Source of the DNA: Octopus vulgaris
Taxonomy: Eukaryota
Assembly: GCA_951406725.2 (NCBI GenBank)
Contig: OX597819.1
Span: 84,258,001-84,322,000, forward strand
Direction of reading: 5' to 3'
DNA: 64,000 nt
Part shown: one piece after another, positions 1 to 12,560 of the stretch
Position numbering within the stretch: position 1 is the stretch's first letter
Layout of the letters: each line of letters begins with the position of its first letter
Notes under the pieces: model-generated
What the model was told of the DNA's origin: nothing
Databases searched by the model: none
Seen by the model: the letters and a program-made list of their open reading frames with translations, nothing else
Position numbers and translations under genes: made by a program

Positions 1-401
1 ATTTACTTAACCGGTTTCACTCTTTGGTAAAAGATTGTCAAAAGTTACATTTAAGGAAACATTGAATAATATGGGTTCAAAAAAAGTTTTTTACATAATT
101 GTCACATTGAATATTATGCATTCAAAAAAGTTTTTTGAATATTATGCATTCAAAAAAGTTTTTTACATGCGTGGCATGCACACGCATGCATTATATATAT
201 GTAGGTGATATATGTGTGTGTGTGTGTGTGCACTGTGTGCGTGTGTGTGTATATGTGTGTGTGCGCGCGTTGTATGTGTTTGTGTGTGTGCACGTGTGTA
301 TATATGTGTGTGTGTGTGTGCACTGTGTGCGGGTGTGTGTGTATGTGTGTGTGTGTGTGTGTGTGAGCATTGTATACGTGTGTATGTATTTACATATGTA
401 T

Positions 402-452
<51 letters not shown>

Positions 453-2129
453 TGTGTGTGTATATGCATGGTATGTGTGTATATGTTAGTACTTTGTTTG
501 TGTGTATGTGCGGCATGTAGAGATATATTTGAGTGTGTACGCTATAGGTTTGTAATTTGTGTGTGTGGGGGGTGGTGAATTTTTTATATATATATGTGTG
601 TGTGTATGTGTGTGAAAAAATATATGTATGTGCATGTATGTATGTATGTATGTGTGTATATATATATATATATATGTGTATATATATGTGTGTGTGTGTA
701 TGTGTGTGTGTGTATATTTATTTGCATGTTTATGTGTGTATAAACATGTACATTATTTGCATGCGCATTGTATATATGTATATTGTATGTATGTGTATTG
801 TATATGTACGTGTACAATTAAGTGTATATATTTGTGTGTATGTGTGCACTGTATATATGTATATTGTAGGTGTGCTATATGTGCATGAATACATGTATAT
901 GCATTGCGTGTATATATATGTATGCATTGTGTGTGTATGTATGTTATGTGTGTGTGTGTATATATATATATTATATGTATGCGTACGTGTATGTGTATGC
1001 ATTGTATGTATGTGTGTTGTGTGTATATGTGGTACATCTATGTATGTGTATGTAAACACTATTTATATGTATATGTGTATATATGTATATGCATTGTCTA
1101 TATATATATATATTGTATGTATGTATTGCGTATGTATATTGCATGCATATATTGTGTATGTATATTACTTACATGCTGTATGTGTGTATTGTATGTGTGT
1201 ATATATATATGCTAGGTGTATTTGTGTGATATTTATATTATGTATGTATGTGTGCGTGTGTTGTGTGTGTGTGTGTGTATGTGTGTTATATATCTGTGTA
1301 TATTATATATAGATACATGTTATATTTGTGTGCTGTGTATATATGTGATATATGTGGGTGCGTTGTGTGTGGGTGTGTGTGTTCTGTGTGTGTGTGTGTT
1401 GTCTGTATGTGGTTTGTGTTTGTATACTATGTGTGTGTGTGTGTGTGTTGTTGTGTGTGTGTGTGTTTGTGTGTATATATATGTGTGTGACAAACAGACG
1501 CTGTCTGACCAGCAGGCACGGACACATCTATTCACACCCGCATACTAACCTCCTGATAACCCCAAAATCATTCATGCATAAAGGGGAAGTATACACCACA
1601 TTGGCTACTTCTGTTCTCTCAGTTCAGCCTTTCTGCTAATACTAACAGGTCAGTAAAAACATACTTAAAATATTCTGAGATGGACAAAAAATCCATTTTA
1701 ATTTTTGCTGTCAAAACGCTGTATATATATACCAAAGATTGTATATATATACATGTAATGTGACAATTTGCGACAACCAATAATTAACGCAACCAATTCC
1801 CAATAATATATTTGTTTTATCCTTTTCTGCCAAATTTTCCCAAATAATGTGACAATTATGTATAAAAAACATTTTTGAATTCATAATATCCAATGTGACA
1901 ATTATGTAAAAACTTTTTTGAATGCATAATATTCAATGTGACAATTATGTAAAAAACTTTTTTGAACCCATAATATCCAATGTGACAATTATGTAAAAAA
2001 CTTTTTTGAATGCATAATATTCAATGTGACAATTATGTAAAAAACTTTTTTGAACCCATATTATTCAATGTTTCCTTAAATGTAACTTTTGACAATCTTT
2101 TACCAAAGAGTGAAACCGGTTAAGTAAAT
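1..2129. mobile_element. Inverted-repeat structure, probable 5'-inverted Penelope-like remnant (left arm runs off the window)
   Basis: 1-136 is the reverse complement of about 1994-2129. The right arm has five 43-46 bp tandem units (1848-2068). 1488-1700 reads TNRRCLTSRHGHI, weakly like a GIY-YIG C-terminus. Confidence 0.6.
170..1488. repeat. Degenerate (TG)n/(TA)n compound microsatellite, 1.3 kb
   Basis: Direct reading; source of the VCVC/HTHT pseudo-ORFs. Confidence 0.95.
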
Positions 2130-2164
2130 AAACATCGTTTAAATTGCATTTTCAAACCTTTTTT

Positions 2165-2220
<56 letters not shown>

Positions 2221-2359
2221 GTCCACCTCTTACTGGGAGCATTGCATTATCCCCTTAAGTAAAGTGCATCACCTTCCTCAGTGTAGCTAGCTGAATATCC
2301 AAGTACAAAATAAAAAAAAACAGTAGAATACAAACATAGAAAAAGTGATATCCTTTACC

Positions 2360-2432
<73 letters not shown>

Positions 2433-2547
2433 CGTGCGTGCGTGTGTGTGTGTGCGTGCATGTGTGTGTGTGAAACATTCAAAATATAAAAATGTAATGA
2501 TAAGGTTCACAAAATAAAAGTTTTACATATTAGTAAGTGTAACTCAC

Positions 2548-2657
2548 CTTTTATAGAGTGATTGGTTTTTCCTATCGCCACATGTTCCAGTATCATTGTT
2601 GTTTGGATTGTATTAAAGAAAAGCTTTTCACATGAAAGCAAACAATATTTATAAGGA
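2548..2657 (-). CDS. Candidate internal exon of unidentified host gene (PYKYCLLSCEKLFFNTIQTTMILEHVAIGKTNHSIK)
   Basis: On the minus strand, acceptor ttttttttacaag and donor AAG|gtgagt. 110 nt, only one open frame, phase 2 to phase 1. Confidence 0.5.
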
Positions 2658-3419
2658 CTTGTAAAAAAAATAAGACACTACTGTATTTTTATGTAAGTTT
2701 AAACCTATGACACATCATATAATAACATTTTCATTTACACTCAATAATGGAAATAAATTATCTGCCCTACTACAGTAATTATTTTAAAGTTTTATTTTAA
2801 AAAAAACATGTGATTTTAATTTTTAAACTGATCTAATCAAATAATAAAAATCTCCTTATCATCAATTCAAAATTTCACAACAGCTTTTAAAATTGTTTTT
2901 TATAGTTAATGCTTAAATATAAACATATTATTTCATGCTGTACACTCTATTATAGATCTTGAGTTTATTTATTGTTCTCTTAATGCACTTCCCTAATAAG
3001 GTTACATGAGGCAAGTAGAGATGAGTGTTTTTGCCTAAAAACAATGCAATGCCAAAACCCATGTATAATAATAATTTTTTTTTAGCCATAATGCTAAAAA
3101 CAAACCTGTATTATTAATTGTGTAATGGTAGTGGTTATTTATTTGTGTACTGACGAAATGGCTAACTCATAATAACAATTAAAAATGTATGTTAATAGCT
3201 GATTTAGACAATATAACTTTTCTAGAGTAGAAATGAATATCTGTGAGTGAGAATAATAAGCACTATCTGAAAAATGACATTGTTTCTTGCAGTTACCAAA
3301 ATAATTGAAATTGTAAAATAAATGTTCATGATTTGGGATTTGTAAAAGATTATGTCAGTTTTGAAACAAACTAAGAGTATTCTCTCCTTGCTCCCTTTTT
3401 CCTCTCTTCTCTCAGAATA

Positions 3420-3651
3420 CAGTAATATCACAATATCACAGTTTACCTATTGCAGTTCATCTATCACAGTTTATTATTTAAGCTTATGTTGATTCCTCTG
3501 TGGTATTGTTTTGCATTTCTAATAAAATAAATATATACAAATAAAAATATTTTAAAAAATATACAGTACAGTACTGTATCTACTTCATGGATTTTCTCCT
3601 ATCACGGTGGGGTTTTGGAACATATCACCCACTATAGTTGAGGGGTTACTT
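3420..3651. mobile_element. Decayed Tigger/pogo-like MITE
   Basis: Ends TA-cagtaat and gaggggttact-TA; internal atacagtacagtactgtat typical of such MITEs. Confidence 0.4.
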
Positions 3652-3673
3652 ACAATATTAACAACATATATAT

Positions 3674-4150
3674 AGGTGCAGGAATGGCTATATGACGATG
3701 AAGTTTGCTTCCCAACTATATGTGTTGGGGTTCAATCCTGCTGTGTAGCACCTTGGGCAAGTATCTTCTACTATAGCTCTATGCCAACTAAAGCTTTGTG
3801 AGGGGACTTGTTAGATGGAAACTGAAAGAAACCTGTCATTTATTTCCATGCACATACATGCATGAGCACACATACACACACACACATGTAATATATGTAT
3901 TTATGTATATATGTATGCATGTATGAATGGTTGTATGTCTTGTGTCTTGACAGTTGGGCAACAGCTGTAAACAAGTGTCACTGTCCTACAAGTAGTGCCA
4001 TTTATGTCAGTCTTCTGTGAAAATATTGCTTTGGGGAAATATTACCTTGCTTGGAAACAGTTGAGGGCCAGCGACAAGAAGGGTAACTGGCCATAAAAAA
4101 TTTGCCACAACAAATTCTGTCTGACCTATACAAGCTTGGAAAAGTGGATC
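3674..4150 (+). mobile_element. tRNA-derived SINE, family A (decayed)
   Basis: Same head and body as 6739-7140 (ggttcaatcc...accttgggcaagt...gatggaaactgaaagaa). Confidence 0.75.
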
Positions 4151-4804
4151 ACACATTATCATCATCATTTTAATGATGATGATAATGTGTGATCCCTTGT
4201 AAGTTCAATGAAAGCTAATTGTGCCGAAATAATGTAGAATAAAGTGTTCTGTCCAAAACAATCATAACTGTAGCAATGTTCGACTCATAGCACAGCAAGT
4301 ATTCTTTAATCATTTTACTGGTTTTAGTTATTGGATATAGCCATGCAAGAGTCATTGCCTTCAACGGTTTTGTTGATCATAGCAACTCTGATACTTATTA
4401 CAGTCGGGTATTCAACTGAGTTCTGTCCTTTGAACCACTAAGCCATGAACATAAGTGTCATCAGTTTTTAAACAATGTAAGCATAAACACACACACACAC
4501 ACATCTGATGCCTAGCTGTATTCTGTGCAACATGCTTACACTAGACAGTATGTAGGTGCAGTTACGCGTGATTGACAGGAAATAACATAACAAGACAACA
4601 CAACAAAAGAAATCAATTAACATTACACATAGTCATTGATTGGAAGCCTTGATGTGGTTTAAGATTTATTGTTCAACCAAGAGACAATTTCATTTTTGCT
4701 TTTTCTTTATTGATAAATTGATAAATTGAAGGTTGGACACGTGGTAATATTACAACATCCCAAAAGATAATATGCACCCCTTGTCATATGATTTTATCTG
4801 TGCA

Positions 4805-5230
4805 GACACTACCTGGTGCTCCAAACTTATTAATGTATTATTATTTTTCATTTCAGAATACAGTATACTAACTGTTTATAGTAACTAACCAAGCAGCAAA
4901 AACCAGAAACAAAAGAGTTGTCTGATTTGCAATGAGTGCGTATTTTGGGTCAATCTGAGGGTGGACTTAGCCAGTGTAAGATTGCACAAAACTTTGGGAT
5001 TCCTCTTTCGACAGTCAACAGAATGATTGTACAATTTGCCAGCAAAGGAATGGAATCGATAATATTCTACTCAAGTTGACCTGAGTTCTCTGACATGTGT
5101 CTTTGGGCTATCAAGTGGATTGTTGAAATAAATTTCTGTTGAAAAGCAAATGATGTTGCAGAGCAACTCCAAATAAGTTTTGCATTACTTCTGTGAGGTA
5201 TCTCCTTCAACTTGGCTACTATTATAGTAG
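4805..5230 (+). mobile_element. Tc1-like transposase remnant (HTH region)
   Basis: Reads [32 protein letters not shown]; TIR-like cactacctggtgctccaaactta upstream. Confidence 0.6.
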
Positions 5231-6738
5231 AACAGCTAAGTTGAAATCTCTCCATCAACCAGCAAATATCCAAACAAGAAAGGAGAAATAAATCTTTCAA
5301 AAATGATGGCGTCTATTTACTTTCTAGATATCTTTACTGTCAACTGGTACTAAACATGTACTTTCACATGCTCAATTCTCCCCTGCAGTTTAGGGTGGGT
5401 TTATGTTGCCTCTGTAGTTCAGAGGTCCAAGGTTCTTGTGAGTGCTTCTACAATGCAAAGTTTCATGTCATCTGTGTGTCTGGTTAAGATATGAGGTTTA
5501 GTTTTATTTGGCATATTAGTCTGTGTAGAAATACAGCACAGGCCAGGTATTCCTGTTTCAAAACCTGTTGTGAACATATGGATAAATGGGTAAGCATCTG
5601 CTGACAAATCTGTTTGTTAAAGGGGTGTAAACTGTATGATCTAACTGTGTAATTCCTAAAATATCTACAGATTCTTATAAATTCTTGGAGTTCTTACACC
5701 ATCATAAAATATAATAATAACAAAATAAGAAAAATAAAGAACCACAATGTTTCAACAGAAAAGCTGTTGCAAAACCATAAAGATTGGGAAACTTTACCAA
5801 ATCATTTTAAGAGTCATACACGTGATACATGAGTTCCAACTATTTCCTCACCAGCTTGTCAGCCAGAGAACAATAAATTGTTAAATTACTAAGGTGCAAG
5901 AATATCACACAGTACATGAGTGATGACCTTGTCATAATCAATTTCTTTGACATGGCTATGGAAATCCATGAGACCATCAATATCCTCCTCAACAGAATCA
6001 AGATTGATATTAAATATCTCATTGTATATGGATCCCTACTCTGGCCTGAATTTACTGTATCTATCCTGTTTGAGTAAATCACAAATTCAATTCTCTGAGA
6101 AAGAAGTAGAAAGGAACCTTTTACATCTAGATTTCATATATCCTCAAAGCTTGAGATACCATGTAGCAACAAATTTGCATGCTGCATGAATAGATGCAAC
6201 AAAGCCCACAGGCAAATTTCATGAGGGAAAACTTCAGAGAAGTACTGTTCACTATGTTTTGCCCCATAGGGGCAGACAAATAAATACATAGACCACTTGA
6301 TGCAGACATCAAATACGGCATTAAGTAGTGTCTGAAAAATGACAGAGAGGAATTGTGAAAGAGAGAGAAATAATCATAAACCCAAGAATTAGGTTATGCA
6401 AGCCTACTACAGCAAGTAGATGTAAAATTCATAAAGAAACTGCCAAAGACAGTTTGGGAATTCTGTCAGAATAACAAGGTGCAGCTATAAATCTAAAACA
6501 ATATACAAGAAACATGCTACATTGGTCAAAGTCAAATCAGATCAGAGAATGAATCATCAGACATCATCCTGTCAATATGTATACAAGCATTGGTCATAAG
6601 TTTCCTTGTCAATGTTGAGAGATGTACATAAGGTTAACGTAGTAACAATTACACATTTGAAGATATGAATATTTTTATGAAGCAGTGATACCCAGTGTAT
6701 CATTCTGCCATGAGTAACATGTGAAAGAAATATAAATA

Positions 6739-7140
6739 GGCGCAGGAGTGGCTGTGGTAAGTAGCTTGCTAACCAACCACATGGTTCCGGGTTCAGTCCC
6801 ACTGCATGGCATCTTAGGCAAGTGTCTTCTGCTATAGCCCCGGGCCGACCAATGCCATGTGAGTGGATTTGGTAGATGGAAACTGAAAGAAGCCTGTCGT
6901 ATATATGTATATATATATATATGTACGTGTGTTTGTGTGTCTGTGTTTGTCCCCCTAGCATTGCTTGACAACCAATGCTGGTGTGTTTACGTCGCCATCA
7001 CTTAGCGGTTCGGCAAAAGAGACCGATAGAATAAGTACTGGGCTTACAAAGAATAAGTCCCAGGGTCGAATTGCTCGACTAAAGGCAGTGCTCCAGCATG
7101 ACCGCAGTCGAATGACTGAAACAAGTAAAAGAGTAAAAGA
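6739..7140 (+). mobile_element. tRNA-derived SINE, family A, near full length
   Basis: A/B-box-like head (gtggctgtggtaag...ggttcagtccc), central microsatellite, 3' aatgactgaaacaagtaaaaga; many copies in the window. Confidence 0.85.
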
Positions 7141-7403
7141 GGGGTATTAGCTAGCCACAAAGATGTTGAAAACCTCTAAATTGTAGAGGCTCTTTTTAAT
7201 AAGGAACAGAATTTTATTTGGAAACATGAGGGAAAATGGGATCTAATGGAGGTACATATTTAATATCTCTAAGCAATAAAGATGAACAAAATAAACCTTT
7301 CTGATGAAGAATTATAAACTCAGAAGCACATTTTTCTTTTCTTGTTTACTTTCTTATGCTATTTCACTGTCAATCACAAATAGTTACACCAATACACTGC
7401 CTA

Positions 7404-7447
<44 letters not shown>

Positions 7448-8341
7448 CAAAAAAATTAGAAAAATATGTATAATTAGATTAATGTGTTTAAATGATGAGT
7501 AGAGCACCAGCACAGTGTAGGCTACCTGTTGTCATCTGTAGTTGTGGTACACTCTCGATAGATTTAATTTAGGAACTTTGCAGTGACAGTTAGGGTAATA
7601 GTATTAATTAATAGCAGGAGATGGATTTTGTATTAGACATTTATTAGGTACAACATGTTTTGACCCATCAGTTTGGGTCTCTTCAGGTGCATTAATAAAA
7701 AAGTCTCACTGGAGATTTTTTGTGTTGGCTGGCTTGTTGTTAAATGTCTATCCAGTTCGCGAATGAATAAAACAAAAACTATTATAGAAATGCAAAAAAA
7801 TTCAAATATGTACATGGAAAACATTCATTCTAGATTAGATAAAATGACATAATCAGCTCTCGCTGTTGTAACTGCTTAGAGATAAACGAAAGTAAAATGT
7901 GAAAGGAAGATTAATAAGTATTTTTCTGTCTGTGCATTTACACACATGCATACATATACATATATACATACATACACATACATATATACATACATACACA
8001 TACATGTATATATGCATATATATATATATATATACACACACAGATACACATACATACATATATATACATATAAATATATACATATATATACATATATGGA
8101 CATGCATATATATATATATATACATAAACTCATATATTTAGGTACACATGTGCATATATGCATATATACACATACACAGACATATATAAATAAGCGTATA
8201 GATATGTACATAGACCCAGATACACACATTCATGAAAAACCAGACACACACACACATACATACACACATTTGTATTATACACACACACATACATACACAC
8301 ATTTGTATTATACACACACACACATATATATATATACACAA

Positions 8342-8386
<45 letters not shown>

Positions 8387-8390
8387 AGAT

Positions 8391-9092
8391 AAGAAAATAG
8401 GAGAGGAAAAATTATAATAAAGCAGAATGCTAAATTGAAAGAAAATTTTAATAAAAATGGATGTATGAAAAATTAAAAAAGAAAAAATATTAATAAATCA
8501 AACCAGCTTTCATTGCAAGGCAAATTTTCAAGATTTGGAAATGGAAAAAATTTTTTTTTAAATTGAGGAAGGGGAAAAAGGAACAAAGTTTAAAATCAAG
8601 ACCAACTTCTCCTGTTCCTCCAAGAACCTCATCTACGTTTTCACATGCACCAGTTGCCAACACAATTATGTTGGACAAACGAGCCTTCCTTTATGCAGAA
8701 GAGTAGCAGTCCATAAAGAACAGATAAATCTCACACAATACCGTCAAATTCCACTCAGTAGCCACATAGACTTTTGCGCTAGAGATAAAAATCCTAAATT
8801 TCACATATTCCCTTTCTACAATGTAAAGACAGAATCTCTACACAAGAAAGAATCAACGAGGAAAATCTTTTTATTGAAGAATTCCAAACGCGTCTTTATA
8901 TTGTAAATTTCTTTTTTCCCCTTCCTCAATTTAAAAAAAACTTTTTCCCCTTCCAAATCTTGAAAATTTTCCTTGCAATGAAAGCTAGTTTGATTTGTTA
9001 TTATTTTTTCTTTTTTTATTTTTCATACACCCATTTTTATAAAAATTTTTTTCAATTTAGCATTCTGCCTTATAAGTTTTTCTCTCCTACCA
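8391..9092 (+). mobile_element. 5'-inverted truncated PLE: GIY-YIG fragment between about 190-bp inverted arms
   Basis: 8580-8892 closely matches 39607-39921; 8391-8583 is the reverse complement of about 8908-9092. Confidence 0.85.
8954..8997 (+). ncRNA. Minimal hammerhead-like motif, U3-A8 core (inverted copy at 8494-8537, minus)
   Basis: CAAATC-TTGAAAA-stem II-GAA-AGCTAGTT-T-GATTTG. Confidence 0.6.
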
Positions 9093-9212
9093 TTTCTCCA
9101 TGTGCGGTTAACACAACCCCACTATTTACTGACTTATATATATATATATATATATATATACACTTATACATATACATATACTCATATACATATACATATA
9201 TAAATACATATA

Positions 9213-9259
<47 letters not shown>

Positions 9260-9295
9260 ACAGACATTAAACGATGATGATATATACACACATAT

Positions 9296-10800
9296 CTAGT
9301 TAGTAAAGTTACATGTCTAAATTCATGTTATTCTGATACTGTTCTTTTAAACTCAGGTGGATTAATCTGGGTTGTGGGTGTTAGGTTTACATTAGTTAGG
9401 TATGGTTAAGACTATAATATGGGAGTGTGTGTTTAGCTGCATGTAGGTATTTAGATAATTGTTCCATAAATCTATTTATAGTGCACTCCTTTGTTAACAA
9501 TATTGAGAGTGATTCTTTGGAACATAACTGGCATCTCTGGGATAATGTGTTGTAGGAACTCGCAAGTTTAATTATCATATTTAGGTCATATTTTGCTTTT
9601 TCTTCCTTGAGCCTCCAGATAAAATCAGCTGATAATGTTACATACTGTTTAAGGATTTTTCGAAAGCTGGCAATATGCCCACGATATCGATTTTTGAAAA
9701 TATCAGCTGATGCTTAGATATATATGTAGGGGCCTCCTCTAGTGTTTACTGTGCACTTGTATATTAGATCTTTTGTCATGCATTGATTGTCCAAAGGACA
9801 TTTGGATCTGTCTCTGCATGAGCATAACTGGTTGGTTTTTTTGCTTGCTTGTGTGCAGCAAGCACTAGGTGAATTGGTTCTGTTCAGTATATTTGTGGTC
9901 ATTGTTATCCTTTTATTACATTCATCATAACGAAGGCGGGGGTATTGTTTTCAGTTGTGTTCATTTGTTTGTTTGTCTGTGGACAAGATATCTCAAGAAC
10001 TGCTGGATAGATTCAGATGAAACTTTCAGGGATGTTTGGCCTCATGACTGGCAGGAACTGATTAGATTTGGGGATTGATCTGGTACTGGACAAGGATTTT
10101 CGATTACTTTCCCCGTTTTTTTTTTTGCTTAATTTTTGAGAGCTGTCAGGTTCATTTTTAGTAGTCTTGCTTGTGAGAGCAGTTGAGTTTATTTCGGATA
10201 TTCTCATTCAAAAAAATTATCTCCAGCTAATCGTTGAGAGGACGTTGGTGTTGCCGTGGCGGAGGTTTATGCACCCTGAGAGCTCTTGTTATCACCATTT
10301 CTAAGTGTGTTAAGGTTGTTGCCTGAATTATTGCTGATTTTATTTGGAAGCTCAAGGAAGAAAAGGCAAAATATGACCTAACCTGGTCGATAATTAGACA
10401 TGTGAGTCTCTACAACACATTATCTTGGAATTGCCAGCTATGTTCTGAAGAGCAACTCTCAATATTGTTAACAAAGGAGCGTATTATAAATAGATTTACA
10501 AAACAATTACCCATATGCCTACATCAGGCTAAACACTTTCATATATTACAATCTTAACCATACCTAACAAATGTAAATCTAACACCCACAACTTGGATTA
10601 AACCATCTGAGTTAAAAAGAACGGTATCAGAATAACATGTATTTAGACATGTAACTTTACAATCTAGAAGTGTATACATATATAGATATATGTATCTACA
10701 TATATGTATATGAGTATATTTCATTTAATTTTTCTACAATTTTATTGTTTTTTATGCATTACTCTAAGTTGAAAAGTCACAAAGACTGAAACCAGTACAA
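9296..10800. mobile_element. Second PLE family remnant with inverted 3' segments
   Basis: Minus-strand CSCRDRSKCPLDNQCMTKDLIYKCTV is typical of the PLE region preceding GIY-YIG. 9296-9600 is the inverse of about 10350-10668. Confidence 0.75.
9914..10290 (+). mobile_element. Helentron-associated (HINE/DINE-1-like) non-autonomous element inserted in the PLE remnant
   Basis: 5' attac...gaaggcgggggtattgttttc, then tttgtttgtctgt and gatgaaacttt, 3' ggcggaggt...ctgagagctcttgtt. Confidence 0.55.
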
Positions 10801-10904
10801 AAATGTTCTTTATGATAAAATTATTTTAGTATTTTCTTGTTCTATTTTCCTTATACATATCAACTCGTGTGTTACTTTTCAACCTTCTACATATATATGT
10901 TTTT

Positions 10905-11902
10905 TTCTTGATTTGGCCGTTGTCCATGCAACATCTATTTTCTTCCCTGTGCCTGTGAAATCTTGTATCCCTGTTGTAAGGCTTTACTTCCTCACACGCC
11001 AGCTTAATTTAATTCGTCCTTACTCGAAAGACACCTGTTTTTGTTTCTGTCCTTGTTTTCATATACATTCGCTGCTTTCTTCCAAGGAATCTAATGCTCT
11101 TAGCTTAGTTTTTCCTTGGGGCTGGCCAGATTGGAGCAATCTTGAGTATAACCGGCCGAAATTGCAAAGATAATCTGGAACTCGACTGAGGAAAGAAAAC
11201 TCCGAATGACCCATCCTTGTTTTTTTTGTATCGTCTATCTGGATGTTTTGTTGTCCCTTTCTTGTATCACCTAACTGTCTGGATGTTTTGCATTCTTGTC
11301 CCATTTTGTATATATATATATATAGCGCTGTATGTACACTTTGGTCTCTTATATGTAAGTACATATTTATCTAAATTTTGTACGACTCTATCCTCTTATT
11401 CTTTTATTCTTTCCTTCTATCAGCCCTTTCACGCTTATTTCGTTCATTCCACTCTTCATTCTTTCATTCCCCCTCCTCACATTTCCTTGCCTTCTCTTCA
11501 TGCTCACTTTCCCTCCTCTTTTCACTTCACTATGTCCCAGTCATTTTTTCTCGCCCCTCCTGCCTCTACCTCTTTCTCTTCTCTCCCCATGTGACCAGTG
11601 TTCAGCCAAGCCTGACCTTTCTTTCTTGGTTTGGTTGTTGTCCATGCAACATCTATATTCTTCCTTGTGGCTGTGAAATCTTGTATCCCTGCTGTAAAGA
11701 TTTACTTCCACACATGCCAGCTTAATTTAATTCGTCCTTAGTCAGAAGACACCTGTTGTTATGTCTTGTTATTTGTATTTGTGTAACTTTCTCCATTTTC
11801 CGTCCTTGTTTTCATATACATTCACTGCTTTCTTCCAAGGAATCTAATGCTCTTAGCTTAGTTTTTCCTTGGGGCTGGCCAGAACCAGCCAAAATTGCAA
11901 TA
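10905..11902 (+). repeat. Two partial tandem copies of a probable PLE pseudo-LTR
   Basis: 10905-11130 matches 11620-11882 (ttgtccatgcaacatctat...ccttggggctggccaga). Confidence 0.6.
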
Positions 11903-11912
11903 TATATATTTT

Positions 11913-11962
<50 letters not shown>

Positions 11963-12020
11963 CACACACATCTATCTATCTATATATATGTGTATATATA
12001 TGTATATGTATATATGTATG

Positions 12021-12069
<49 letters not shown>

Positions 12070-12298
12070 ATGTGTGTGTGTATATGTATATAGGTACATG
12101 TATATATGTGTGTGTGTGTATATACTAATACATCTGTTTGTTTTGTACACCACCTGTCTTCGTCTTTTGTTTTTTTCGTAAACTCCCCCTATATATATAC
12201 ATATATATATATACATACACACACACAACAAGCTACTGCACAGTTTCCATGAACCAAATTCCCCTCACAATATATCAATCAACCTAGTTATAATGGTA

Positions 12299-12560
12299 AA
12301 CCACAAAATTTTACTGGCTTTTTTGTGCATCAAAACTTAGTAGTGTACACTGCTTTAAGACTTCAGATGAAAAACCATATGAAAGATTCTGTCATGGTAA
12401 ATATTGCAGTATTGTGTGTTCTAACACAATACCTACTTTTCTTCTTTCTTTAGAATGAGTTTCCTCAATCTGCACAGATGTTCCTCCAACTGTTTCTGTC
12501 CTCCATTGCTGATTCAACTCAAGAAATGATAGGCTGCTGTCAATCACTAATCTGTCAACA
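12299..12560 (+). repeat. 262-bp copy of 20607-20868
   Basis: No differences found by eye between the two copies. Confidence 0.95.

Noticed and set aside
135-1548. Long Cys/Val/Tyr/His-rich ORFs, and similar ones near 7.9, 12, 13.2, 16, 25, 44 and 48.6 kb
   Set aside because: Translations of TG/TA microsatellites.
1848-2068. CRISPR-like regular repeats
   Set aside because: No unique spacers, no cas genes, eukaryotic context; a plain tandem repeat.
5400-6330. Protein-like minus-strand remnant (VEEDIDGLMDF...DILAP)
   Set aside because: Could be a LINE or Helitron fossil; no diagnostic motif, so left uncalled.
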